Assembly: GCA_039795225.1 (NCBI GenBank)
Contig: JBDKEN010000002.1
Span: 334,869-398,868, forward strand
Length of the DNA: 64,000 nt
Origin: Bacteroidota bacterium
Lineage (GTDB): Bacteria > Bacteroidota > Ignavibacteria > Kapaibacteriales > Kapaibacteriaceae
Direction: 5' to 3'
Part shown: piece after piece, positions 20,301 to 28,711 of the stretch
Layout of the letters: each line of letters begins with the position of its first letter
Numbering within the stretch: position 1 is the first letter of the stretch
Program-made: the position numbers and the translations under genes
The notes under the pieces: model-generated
What the model was told of the DNA's origin: nothing
Seen by the model: the letters and a program-made list of their open reading frames with translations, nothing else
Database searches by the model: none

Positions 20301-21359
20301 GGCGGCACGGTGAACGCCAAGTATCTGATCTCTACCGGTATTCTTGATGACGACTTCGATACGGATAACGGGTATTCAGGCAAGGTGCAGTTCGGAGTCG
20401 TTCAACGGTATCGCACGGTGGCAGACGTATCTACATCACAGGCTTTTGAATCCGATAACGATGCACAAGCCTCCTACAACCAGCCATTCACATCGGCTAC
20501 GTTTAGCAACATCACTGCGATTGGACCGATTCAGGATACATCATGGACAACCGGTTCTGGCGCGAATCAATACAGCTCACGGTATGGTGCTGCTGCACAG
20601 ATTCGCCGTAACTCACGCCAGTCGATTCATAACTCCGTCTTCATCGGATGGCCCCGCGGCTTCGAGTTTGCGCAGGTTCCGACAATGATCGCCGCTGCGG
20701 GTGATTCGATAGAAATCCGCAACAACTCCTGGTATGGTGTAAAGGGCTCTGTGCTTACTCTTGCTGGAGGAAATGCCCCGGCTGGAATCGATGCGACATG
20801 GCTTGCAAAGGCTGAGTATGGAAACATTATCGACAAGACGTCACCGGCCGGTGCAATGGTTGAAAACGTATTTGCAACGAATGCTGACTTTAATCCTGCG
20901 ATCAAGGCTGGTAGTCCGCTGGAGAACTCGGCAGCCTTTGTTGGCAAGAGTTCCGATAGCTTCTTCCAGCAGGTGGCTCATCGCGGTGCATTTGGAATGC
21001 AACGCTGGGATCTTCCATGGGCCGAGTACGATCCAGTAAATCGCGAGTATCGTGCAAAGGACCCAGTGTCAGTGCACGAAGATGATCATGCACGTACCGG
21101 AATGTCTGGTACGGTGTATCCAAACCCGATAATGGAAACCGCATCTGTTCGCTACACGTTGGCGAGCGATGATGTTGTCACCATTCGGTTGACTGATGCA
21201 ACGGGTGCCGTTGCAGCCTCGTTCATCACGAATGAGGCGCAGCAGTCCGGCGTATACGAGTTCCGACTCGTCGCGACGGATCTTGCTTCCGGTCTCTACT
21301 ACCTGACGATCTCCGGTCAGCAGGGCACGATGACGCTACCCGTCACTGTTGTCCACTGA
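17358..21359 (+). CDS. 1333-aa secreted protein: signal peptide, small beta-sandwich-like domain x3, ~440-aa acidic-motif (beta-helix-like) module x2, T9SS C-terminal sorting domain
   Basis: Signal peptide MRRLFVILIPLLCWMYSAAAQ. Both large modules share the motifs GDWGGILICG, WYGGTDDDDNSG(I/V)LRFVRIEFAG, SYGNDD(A/G)FEWFGGTV, LDDDFD.DNG.SGKVQFG, SQAFE.DND and WAEYDPVNREYRA. The C-terminus is VYPNPIMETASVRYTL..LASGLYYLTISG (Por secretion tail). Confidence 0.8.
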   Translation: MRRLFVILIPLLCWMYSAAAQNPSSCTIRFPNGGETFRPGTTQELRWDTAGTFRSRWRFRFGTSPAGPWTTLTGAPANVLDSGATRGQSVPGSGGWRVPNIATTSGYIRMELIADTNVFDISDNPFTIEEPRVVQPDSIISGEITRSITLRATKVYGLSGYVYVNSGATLTIEPGTIIVGDVPGANSALVVNRGAKLIADGTRQKPIVFTSRAAPGQRARGDWGGILICGRARVNQPAGQAALEGGVADQTAGGKGWYGGTDDDDNSGILRFVRIEFAGIATQPNSELNSLTLGGVGRGTVIEYVQCSYGNDDAFEWFGGTVNGKHLIAYGTLDDDFDCDNGFSGKVQFGLVKRFRTVADVSTSQAFEIDNDATSSFNNPKTSPIFSNFTVIGPLQDTAWTTGGGVNQYSSRYGAAAQIRRNARASIFNAVFVGWPRGFEIAQAPTMAAANADTLMVRNNSWFGVKGAVLTLAGGTPPSGMDANWLLKQVFANTVDRGNPNNAFLANAWPNDNSFDPRPLVVAPYLASASFENGSPLVAISDAYLDRVTYRGAFSAAGSRWDEGWAEYDPVNREYRAQPLVRLVSPGTVAGEKYQQGQKLNITWDTSGAAGNMFKFEFATSASGPWQPIPGAENIKDEGATRGVLKDGFTTPAVVTTTGYLRMTLVSDPSVFDISDFPFSIEAPVVKEPTVRLIEPGGNNKVFRVGQSVDVRWDTTNTFRQRWRFEFGKSPDGPWKVLAGMSNVLDSATRRGSFAGGIVFRPEDQTKTGYVRMTLLSDTTKTDINDQPFEVAAPAPINVDSILEGEITGRVRLVNTKIYGLKGYVYVNDGGILDIQEGTIIVGDEPGNNSALVINRGGKILAEGTAKDPIIFTSRSVPGQRARGDWGGILICGKARVNQPAGQAALEGGVASQTPGGKGWYGGTDDDDNSGVLRFVRIEFAGIATQPNSELNSLTMGGVGRGTTIEHVQVSYGNDDGFEWFGGTVNAKYLISTGILDDDFDTDNGYSGKVQFGVVQRYRTVADVSTSQAFESDNDAQASYNQPFTSATFSNITAIGPIQDTSWTTGSGANQYSSRYGAAAQIRRNSRQSIHNSVFIGWPRGFEFAQVPTMIAAAGDSIEIRNNSWYGVKGSVLTLAGGNAPAGIDATWLAKAEYGNIIDKTSPAGAMVENVFATNADFNPAIKAGSPLENSAAFVGKSSDSFFQQVAHRGAFGMQRWDLPWAEYDPVNREYRAKDPVSVHEDDHARTGMSGTVYPNPIMETASVRYTLASDDVVTIRLTDATGAVAASFITNEAQQSGVYEFRLVATDLASGLYYLTISGQQGTMTLPVTVVH
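17430..19091 (+). repeat. Intragenic tandem duplication, copy 1 (small domain A1 + large module B1)
   Basis: Aligns along its length with 19420..21058 at an offset of about 1.97-1.99 kb. Protein motifs are nearly identical between the copies, and the DNA differs mostly at third codon positions where I compared the two. Confidence 0.8.
19420..21058 (+). repeat. Intragenic tandem duplication, copy 2 (A3 + B2). An extra small domain, A2, lies at about 19092..19410.
   Basis: See copy 1. A3 (RWDTTNTFRQRWRFEFGKSPDGPW..VLDS) is the closest match to A1 (RWDTAGTFRSRWRFRFGTSPAGPW..VLDS). Confidence 0.8.
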
Positions 21360-21385
21360 TTCCGATCGTGAACAGAACGCCGCTG

Positions 21386-21420
21386 CGGCCGGCCTCGTAA
21401 GGGGCTGGCCGTTGTCGGTT
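21386..21420. terminator. GC-rich hairpin between convergent genes
   Basis: CGGCCGGCC (21386-21394) pairs with GGCTGGCCG (21403-21411) with one G-U wobble. It is followed by TTGTCGGTTGTGG. Confidence 0.4.
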
Positions 21421-21431
21421 GTGGCGCGGCC

Positions 21432-22508
21432 TTATGGAAGCAAGAGAAACCCAAGCACAATTCCGGCTACTTGAAGTCGGATGATCCAAGCGCTGACATC
21501 AGCCTTTTCTTGCTTCAGCCACCTCCAGCCATACATCAGCACTGTGAAGATGGCAGTGACTCCAATCCATAGAGCCAATGTTGCACCAATGCCGAATGTA
21601 TGACCACCAACAACGGTGTCGAGCCATGGCACGAGCGAACCATACACGAGAAGTAGGTGGCTGATATACATGAACAGCGACTCGTTGCCGAGGGTCACCA
21701 GCAGGGTTCCAACGCGCGTCTCATGGATGCGTTCTTCGAATTGAAACAAGGAGCCCAGAAGCAGCAGTGTTGCACAGATCCGAAAGGCGAGACCACCTGG
21801 TGATCTCCACCAGATTTGATCCCACGGCATCGACGGTCCGAGCCCCTTACTCATGAAGAGGAACACGGGACCGATCAGTCCGATGATGATAAATGCACGG
21901 GCAACACGTTTCTTGTTCTGCGAATGCATAAACCATCCCGTGATGGCAGCACCGGCAAAGAGATATCCGCCCCATGGCAAAAGGGGGAACTGACTACCAC
22001 CGTCTCGGGGAACAAGCCACGTGATCATAATCACCACCGCCGCAATACCTCCATAGGCGAAGGTTGTTCGACGAAGATCTCCGACAACTGCGTATACGGC
22101 AAGTGCTGCAAGGCTTGCATAGACAATAACGTGCAAAACGTCGAGCTGGAGCCAGGATCGCCATGTTTCTGACGAAGCCTGCATCATCTGTTGCAGTGAG
22201 AAGCTTGGCGTGTGCATGACATAGGCGCAGAAGAGTACGTACCCAAGACGTCGCAGATAGGTCCACAGCTCAGGGCCTGCTTCGAGATAGACTTCACCTC
22301 GACGTGACAGAGCGATCCAGAGCCCAGACCCGGCACAAAAGATGAAGGTAGGCGCGACGTAGCCATTTGAGATGTTGAGGATCTCAAACCACCATGTGGA
22401 ACGAAGGATGGGATCGAGTACCACATTCGTGACGTGCACCTGGATCATCCAGAGTACGGCGATCCCACGGGCCGCATCGAGAAAGGCAAATCGCTGGCGT
22501 TGTGCCAT
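21432..22508 (-). CDS. Polytopic membrane protein, DUF1624 / acyltransferase-3-like (HGSNAT-type)
   Basis: N-terminus RFAFLDAARGIAVLWMIQVHV, followed by about 10 predicted hydrophobic helices. Confidence 0.55.
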   Translation of the reverse strand: MAQRQRFAFLDAARGIAVLWMIQVHVTNVVLDPILRSTWWFEILNISNGYVAPTFIFCAGSGLWIALSRRGEVYLEAGPELWTYLRRLGYVLFCAYVMHTPSFSLQQMMQASSETWRSWLQLDVLHVIVYASLAALAVYAVVGDLRRTTFAYGGIAAVVIMITWLVPRDGGSQFPLLPWGGYLFAGAAITGWFMHSQNKKRVARAFIIIGLIGPVFLFMSKGLGPSMPWDQIWWRSPGGLAFRICATLLLLGSLFQFEERIHETRVGTLLVTLGNESLFMYISHLLLVYGSLVPWLDTVVGGHTFGIGATLALWIGVTAIFTVLMYGWRWLKQEKADVSAWIIRLQVAGIVLGFLLLP

Positions 22509-22512
22509 ACAG

Positions 22513-22626
22513 CTACTCCTTGGGGCTGCGTCCGGTCATGCGTCGAAAGAGACCGATCACGAAAGGGGCGACGAAGATCACCAGGACGATGATGGTTCCG
22601 ATGATGATGAATGGTCGTTGAAGCAT
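22513..22626 (-). CDS. Possible 37-aa single-TM small protein
   Basis: Internal ATG 22626 gives MLQRPFIIIGTIIVLVIFVAPFVIGLFRRMTGRSPKE. It ends 4 nt before the DUF1624 gene start. The longer 88-aa track ORF would overlap the divergent ppx gene (start 22672). Confidence 0.3.
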   Translation of the reverse strand: MLQRPFIIIGTIIVLVIFVAPFVIGLFRRMTGRSPKE

Positions 22627-22671
22627 GTTCGGAAGATATGGATGGTATTTTTGAGGAGAAACAATTAGTCC

Positions 22672-24231
22672 ATGAACGACGCCACTCAACACCGTCCGAT
22701 TGCTGCGATAGACGTTGGAACGAATTCGTTCCATATGGTAATCGCCAGTGTCACAGATACCGGAATGCTCCGAATCCACGGACGCATGAAGGACATGGTT
22801 CGCCTCGGATCGTCTGCGGGTGACATGAAGAAGCTCTCAGATGAGGCGATGGATCGTGGCGTGCGTGCTATGGTTCGATTTGTCGAAGAGGCACAACGTC
22901 ACAATGCACAGGTTCGTGCGATCGCGACAAGTGCCGTTCGTGAAGCATTGAACAAACAGGTGTTTGTTGATCGGGTGTTTCATGAGACCGGTGTGCACAT
23001 TGAGGTGATTCCCGGGATCGAAGAGGGCCGTCTCATTTTTCTCGGCGCTCGTAATGTGCTTGATCTGGCCAATAAGCGCGTTGTGGTGTTCGACATCGGC
23101 GGCGGATCAACCGAGACCATAACTGGACATAACGGCGTGCCGGTACATATTCACTCGGCAAAGCTGGGTCACATCCGGTTGACTCGAAAGTTTTTTCCAG
23201 ACGCACGGATTACCAACGAGCAGATTGCTGAGTGTCGCGCCTGGATTCGTGGGGAGTGGATGCCGGCATTTGAGGCGCATCGATCGCACGGTTTCGACGA
23301 AGCGGTCGGTTGCTCCGGAACGGTTATGTCGCTTGCCTCAATCATCGTCGCGCATTCTGGACGTAAGCAGCCAGACTCCCTCAATGGCATGCGATTCACA
23401 CGGGAGGAATTGCTTTCCGGTGTGCAACTGGTGTTGAATGCTCGGACTATGGAGGAGAGGCTCGCACTCCCCGGCCTCGATGCCAAACGTGCCGATGTCA
23501 TCACGGCCGGTGCACTTCTAATCGAGCAGCTTGTAACTGGACTCGACATTCGCCTGCTTACGCTATCGGGGTACTCGTTGCGTGAAGGTATTGTCTTTGA
23601 TACCGTTCAACATGCAAGAGATATCGAAGCGACCCATCATTTGTCACGATTGCGGTATGAGAGTGTTCAACACATCTCTGACCTGTATCAGGTTCGTCGA
23701 CGCCATGCCGAGCATGTGAAGCATCTGGCTGTTGCGCTCTTTGATGGTCTGATGCCTCTGCACAACATGGGAGATACGGAGCGAGAACTGCTTGAGGCGG
23801 CGGCTCTACTCCATGACGTCGGATATCACATTGCCGCCGATCAGCATCACAAACACAGCGAGTACATCATCCGTAACTGCGTGATGCCAGGGTTTACGAG
23901 TGATGAAACCATCCTCATCGCCAGTATAGCACGGTATCACCGCAAGAGTCATCCGAAACGTAAGCATGTGGGCTTTGCCTCACTTTCGGAGGCAGAACAA
24001 CGCTTGGTCGTCGTTCTCGCCTCGATTCTCCGCATTGCTGAAGGGCTCGATCGGCGACAGCAGTCCGTTGTCCAGGATCTTGAGCTGCGGCTGACATCAA
24101 GTCGGATCGAAATATCGCTCCGTGTCGACACGGGAATACCCGATGTGGAGCTCTGGAGTGCAGAGCGGCGGACGAGCTTGCTCGAAGAAACCTTTCAGCG
24201 AGCTGTTCGGTTTTCTGTTGAGCGCAGCTAA
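22672..24231 (+). CDS. ppx: Ppx/GppA family exopolyphosphatase / pppGpp phosphohydrolase with a C-terminal HD domain
   Basis: Motifs IAAIDVGTNSFHMVIA and VVVFDIGGGSTE, and an HD region LHDVGYHIAADQHHKHSEY. Confidence 0.88.
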   Translation: MNDATQHRPIAAIDVGTNSFHMVIASVTDTGMLRIHGRMKDMVRLGSSAGDMKKLSDEAMDRGVRAMVRFVEEAQRHNAQVRAIATSAVREALNKQVFVDRVFHETGVHIEVIPGIEEGRLIFLGARNVLDLANKRVVVFDIGGGSTETITGHNGVPVHIHSAKLGHIRLTRKFFPDARITNEQIAECRAWIRGEWMPAFEAHRSHGFDEAVGCSGTVMSLASIIVAHSGRKQPDSLNGMRFTREELLSGVQLVLNARTMEERLALPGLDAKRADVITAGALLIEQLVTGLDIRLLTLSGYSLREGIVFDTVQHARDIEATHHLSRLRYESVQHISDLYQVRRRHAEHVKHLAVALFDGLMPLHNMGDTERELLEAAALLHDVGYHIAADQHHKHSEYIIRNCVMPGFTSDETILIASIARYHRKSHPKRKHVGFASLSEAEQRLVVVLASILRIAEGLDRRQQSVVQDLELRLTSSRIEISLRVDTGIPDVELWSAERRTSLLEETFQRAVRFSVERS

Positions 24232-24272
24232 GCGCGCAATACAGTCGAAATTTCTTCGTCACTTTACCCCAT

Positions 24273-25856
24273 ATGCAACGTATGGAGAATTCTATGTCAC
24301 GTCGATCTCTTGGCACTGCCATCGCGCTCATTGGTGTTGGCGTAGTGGCTGGTGTTGTCCTAATGACTTCATTTTCGTCCAATGCGATTGAGCAGCTATT
24401 CGCCGCGGACGTTCAATTGGGGGCCACTGCACCGCCCGCACCTGCACCGGCGGCCGTAAAGCTCCTCAACGACCAGTTTGCAAACGTGGCCAGCGCCGTG
24501 ACGCCGTCAGTGGTTTCCATCACGGTAAAGGCCGAGCGCAAGGCTGGTGTTTCAATGCGCGGGATGCCGCAGGATTTCTTCCGATTCTTTGGTCCCGACT
24601 TTGGAAGTCCTGAAGATGAAGAAATGGAACTGCCCGATGCTGAGGCTGGTGGATCTGGGGTGATCATTACCCCAGACGGATATGTCGTTACCAACAACCA
24701 TGTTGTCGAGAATGCAAAGGAAGGGGGCATAACAGTCACGACCATCGATCAAAAACAATACAAGGCAAAGCTCGTAGGTCGTGATCCCCTCACCGATCTC
24801 GCCGTGCTGAAGATTGAAGGACGCTTCTCACCGGCCCACTTGGCCCAGCGCTCAGACATCCGCATTGGTGAATGGGTTGTCGCCGTGGGAAGCCCACTGG
24901 GATTGAAGTCGACGGTTACTACCGGTATTGTCTCGGCCATGGGACGATCCATTGGCATCGTGGGCACCAACGAACGCACCAATCAACGGAATCGGTATGC
25001 TGCTGAAAACTTCATTCAGACCGACGCCGCTATCAACCCTGGCAATTCAGGAGGCGGTCTCTTCAATTTGAATGGCAGCCTGGTCGGCATCAATACTGCG
25101 ATCGCATCGCAGTCCGGTGTAAATGCTGGATATGGCTTTGCAATTCCGATTGACATGGTTCGTAGTGTTGTTCTAGACCTGATCGATGATGGTAAGATCG
25201 AGCGTGGGTATATCGGTGTCGAGATTACCAGTGTTGATGAAGCCACGGCTAAGGCTGTTGGCCTTGCGAAAGTCTCTGGCGTCAGCGTGAATAAGGTCGT
25301 CAAGGGAGGCGCAGCCGAGGCCGCCGGACTCGAGGTTGGAGACGTCATCCTTGATGTTGATGGAAAAACAGTCAAGACTTCGAGTGAACTGCAAAATGAG
25401 ATTGTTCTTCGTCGGGCTGGCGACAAAGTGAATTTGAAGATCTGGCGCGATGGTCGTGAGATCTCCAAGACGGTCACATTGCGTGCGCCAGATAACGCAG
25501 ACGTTGCGAGCAGTTCTGTCCGTTCGGGTGATGAAGAGGAATCGGTCGACGATTCGGAGCCGGTGACGATCAAGGGCCTGGGATTTACTGCAGCGGCGTT
25601 GACGTCCGAGCAGCGTTCAACATTTAATGTGAAGCAAGGAGTTTACGTTTCGAAGGTTGACCGCATGGGGCAGATGGCTCGCCGTGGATTGCGTCAGGGA
25701 ACGGTAATTCTCAAGGCCGATGGTAAAGAGGTGGCGTCGCCATCGCAACTCAAACGGGTGATATCAGCAAAGTCGCCAGGTGACGGAATGATGTTCGTTG
25801 TGAAGGACGCTGATGGATCAAAGCAGGCAATAACTGTGGAAGTGCCGGAACTGTAA
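24273..25856 (+). CDS. htrA: Periplasmic serine endoprotease, HtrA/DegP/DegQ family (S1C) with two PDZ domains
   Basis: Motifs GSGVIITPDGYVVTNNHVV, DLAVLKI and TDAAINPGNSGGGLFN, followed by two PDZ-like segments. Alternative starts are ATG 24282 and ATG 24294 (MSRRSLGTAIALIGV). Confidence 0.92.
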   Translation: MQRMENSMSRRSLGTAIALIGVGVVAGVVLMTSFSSNAIEQLFAADVQLGATAPPAPAPAAVKLLNDQFANVASAVTPSVVSITVKAERKAGVSMRGMPQDFFRFFGPDFGSPEDEEMELPDAEAGGSGVIITPDGYVVTNNHVVENAKEGGITVTTIDQKQYKAKLVGRDPLTDLAVLKIEGRFSPAHLAQRSDIRIGEWVVAVGSPLGLKSTVTTGIVSAMGRSIGIVGTNERTNQRNRYAAENFIQTDAAINPGNSGGGLFNLNGSLVGINTAIASQSGVNAGYGFAIPIDMVRSVVLDLIDDGKIERGYIGVEITSVDEATAKAVGLAKVSGVSVNKVVKGGAAEAAGLEVGDVILDVDGKTVKTSSELQNEIVLRRAGDKVNLKIWRDGREISKTVTLRAPDNADVASSSVRSGDEEESVDDSEPVTIKGLGFTAAALTSEQRSTFNVKQGVYVSKVDRMGQMARRGLRQGTVILKADGKEVASPSQLKRVISAKSPGDGMMFVVKDADGSKQAITVEVPEL

Positions 25857-25875
25857 ACATCTTGTAGATTGGTGT

Positions 25876-26622
25876 ATGAATTCCACCACGAAAGTCCTCG
25901 GCGCCGTCATCATGTTGTTCATGGTGACGGCGTCTGTCGTTTCTGCTCAGTCGTTTCTTGGCCCAATGATCGGGTATAGTCTCAGCACAACCTCACGTGA
26001 GGATGTCGCCTCGTACGGCAGTCCTACGCGGCTCTCCTACGGCCTGAAGTACGCTGGTGTTGTTCGTCGGTCGACGGAGTTGATCGCTTCGATTGCCTAT
26101 CGTTCCGAAGACGGAGGGTTTGTGTCTCCGTTCAAGGCTACTTCGTCGTTCGGATCCAATGGGATGATCAACGTTGTTGATGCGCCAGGGGCTGGACCCT
26201 CGGTTGTTTCTTCACTGTCGACGAGTTCGGTCGAAGTCCAGCTTGGACTGCGTGCTCCAATGGCCCGTATCGATTCAGCAGGGTCCTTCGTCGGATTCAC
26301 TGTTGGCCTCTTTGCCGACGCCCTTTTGCGTGCCGAACAGCAAGACGATTACTCGGGCATTCCCACACTCGACCGTGGAGACCTGCCAGTGCGGGTTGCT
26401 ACGACGTACGATACGCAGCTGGGTGGTGGATTCACCGTTGGTGGATCGCTTGTACTCGTCACCAGCGCAGGCCGCCTGACGCTGGATCTTGCGTACCTGT
26501 TGCGTCAACCAGACAGCGTGCCACTTCCGGGGGTGCGTGTCGGTGGACCCAAGACGCAATACGTGGGCTGGCTTGTTGGCAGTGGACTTCGCTTGAGCGC
26601 AGCGATGGAGTTTGCGCTGTAG
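25876..26622 (+). CDS. Hypothetical outer-membrane beta-barrel protein
   Basis: Signal peptide MNSTTKVLGAVIMLFMVTASVVSAQ. Alternating-hydrophobicity strands, and a C-terminus (LRLSAAMEFAL) typical of OMPs. Confidence 0.4.
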   Translation: MNSTTKVLGAVIMLFMVTASVVSAQSFLGPMIGYSLSTTSREDVASYGSPTRLSYGLKYAGVVRRSTELIASIAYRSEDGGFVSPFKATSSFGSNGMINVVDAPGAGPSVVSSLSTSSVEVQLGLRAPMARIDSAGSFVGFTVGLFADALLRAEQQDDYSGIPTLDRGDLPVRVATTYDTQLGGGFTVGGSLVLVTSAGRLTLDLAYLLRQPDSVPLPGVRVGGPKTQYVGWLVGSGLRLSAAMEFAL

Positions 26623-26630
26623 AGGCGCAC

Positions 26631-28532
26631 CTAAATCGAAAGATGTGAGCCGACCTCGAGCGTGCGCTTGACCGGAATGCCGAAGTAGCGTGCCGGAGTG
26701 CGTGAGTTTCGATGGAGGAACACAAAGAGCTCCTTGCGCCAGCGGGCCATCCCTTCGGAGTTTTCAACGGTGAGTGTTTCGTGTCCGAGCACCCAGATGG
26801 CATCGGTGATGTCAATGAGAATGTCGTGCTTGGGAAACGCCAGAAAATCATTCATGAGATCAAGCTGATCCATAAACCCATAGTGCAAGACGACAGTCCA
26901 GACGCCGTCGCGCAGTTTGCGTGCTTTGATCCGATCCTGCTTAGCAACACGAGCCGTCGTTTCCACAGAGACGGTGAGCAGGATGACGGTTTCGTGGTGA
27001 ACCCGATTGTACTTCAGGTTGCTCATCATTGCCGGTGGCGCAATACCTGTTGAGCCGGTCATGTAGAGCGCAGTACCCGGTACAATCGTGTATCGGTCAA
27101 TATCCTCACGGATTGCATCAGCAAGGGGCTTGCTTCGCTGCTCAATACGCTTCTGTAAGAGAGATCGACCCTTGTTCCAGGTAACCATCACGAGGAAGGT
27201 GACCACTGCCATCGTGAATGGCACATAGCCACCATCGAGAAACTTGAGAGAATTCGCAACGAAGAATGAAAGGTCGAGCGAGAGAAAAACGATGCATATG
27301 ATCGTTGCCACCGCTACGTTCCAATGCAGAATTTTCCGCATTGCTACCCATGCCAGCAGTGTCGTCAGAACCATTGTGGATGTTACGGCAATACCGTATG
27401 CCGACGCGAGTGCGCCTGATGTCTTAAATGCGAGCACGAGCATGACACAGCTTGCCAGTAGGATCCAGTTCACCGTTGGGAGGTAGATCTGTCCGCGTTC
27501 TTCACTGGATGTGTGCAACACCTTCAAACGAGGCAGGTAGCCGAGCTGCTGTGCTTGCCATGTGAGAGAAAACGCTCCAGAGATCACTGCCTGCGAGGCG
27601 ATGATCGTCGCAAACGTTGCCAACACCACCAGTGGCAATACACCCCATGACGGCACGAGGTGGAAGAATGGGTTGGCCGTTGTCGAAGCAATGTGACCCT
27701 CCCGAAGCAGGAGAGCCCCCTGGCCGAAGTATTGGAGGACCAGTGCCGGATATGCCACAGCGAACCACCCACGAATGATTGGGTGGCGTCCAAAATGTCC
27801 CATGTCGGCATAGAGCGCTTCACCACCGGTGACAACCAGAAACACACTCCCGAGAACAGCCAGACCCATAAAGCCATGAAGCTGGAAGAACTCAATTGCA
27901 TAGATCGGGTTAAGGGCATTGAAGATTTCCGGTGTTTGCAGAGCGCTGACCAGTCCCAGGGTTCCAAGAACCGTAAACCATACCAACATGAACGGTCCGA
28001 AGACTTTTCCAACGGAGCTTGTGCCAAATTTCTGGATGCTGAAAATTCCAACGAGAATAAGAATCGTCAGCGGTAGGACGTACGTGTCAAGTGCGGGAGC
28101 GGCTACTCGCAGGCCCTCGACGGCAGACAAGACGGAGATCGCCGGAGTGATGATTCCATCACCATAGAGCATGGCTGCACCGAAGAGTCCGAGCACAATG
28201 ATGGTGTTCAGTTTTGCCTTGTCGTTCTTCTCACCAACAATCAACTGCATGAGTGCCATGATGCCACCTTCGCCCTTGTCATCGAATCGAAGAATCACGG
28301 CCAGGTACTTAAGGCAGATAATGATCGTGAGCGACCAGAAGATGAGAGAGAGGATTCCGAGCACCTCGGGCCGACCAGGTGTCAGGCCATAGTGAGGGGA
28401 AAAGCACTCCTTTAACGCATAGAGTGGACTTGTTCCGATATCACCGTACACAACTCCGATGGCGGCGATGGTGAGAGCGAGCATCTTACTCCCACGTGGT
28501 GTTGGGTGTTCGCTCGTCGAGTGGTTGTCCAT
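26631..28532 (-). CDS. kup: KUP/HAK/KT family potassium uptake protein
   Basis: Motif GVVYGDIGTSPLYALKECF and a 12-TM core plus cytoplasmic C-domain. The likely start is ATG 28532 (MDNHSTSEHPTPRGSKMLALT). Confidence 0.92.
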   Translation of the reverse strand: MDNHSTSEHPTPRGSKMLALTIAAIGVVYGDIGTSPLYALKECFSPHYGLTPGRPEVLGILSLIFWSLTIIICLKYLAVILRFDDKGEGGIMALMQLIVGEKNDKAKLNTIIVLGLFGAAMLYGDGIITPAISVLSAVEGLRVAAPALDTYVLPLTILILVGIFSIQKFGTSSVGKVFGPFMLVWFTVLGTLGLVSALQTPEIFNALNPIYAIEFFQLHGFMGLAVLGSVFLVVTGGEALYADMGHFGRHPIIRGWFAVAYPALVLQYFGQGALLLREGHIASTTANPFFHLVPSWGVLPLVVLATFATIIASQAVISGAFSLTWQAQQLGYLPRLKVLHTSSEERGQIYLPTVNWILLASCVMLVLAFKTSGALASAYGIAVTSTMVLTTLLAWVAMRKILHWNVAVATIICIVFLSLDLSFFVANSLKFLDGGYVPFTMAVVTFLVMVTWNKGRSLLQKRIEQRSKPLADAIREDIDRYTIVPGTALYMTGSTGIAPPAMMSNLKYNRVHHETVILLTVSVETTARVAKQDRIKARKLRDGVWTVVLHYGFMDQLDLMNDFLAFPKHDILIDITDAIWVLGHETLTVENSEGMARWRKELFVFLHRNSRTPARYFGIPVKRTLEVGSHLSI

Positions 28533-28655
28533 GGTGGACGCTTCTGTGTTGAAACAATGTGGCCGCCAGATGGTGCGGCCTGCGCGCAAAACTACGGTGG
28601 AACCATGAGCTCAGCCACGCTGTTTCGACCCAGTACCGTAGTTTTGTTGGCGTTT

Positions 28656-28710
28656 ACCTCACACCTCACACCTCACACCTCACACCTCACACCTCACACC
28701 TCACACCTAC
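28656..28710. repeat. Heptanucleotide tandem repeat (ACCTCAC)x7 plus a partial unit ACCTAC
   Basis: Counted directly. There are seven perfect units from 28656 to 28704, then ACCTAC, then T and the gcdH ATG at 28712. Confidence 0.97.
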
Positions 28711-28711
28711 T

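Noticed and set aside
28559-28711. N-terminal extension of the gcdH ORF that encodes HTSHLTP repeats
   Set aside because: It is produced by reading through the (ACCTCAC)7 array. The acyl-CoA dehydrogenase similarity begins exactly at ATG 28712 (MSFQHPDYYNIDELL).
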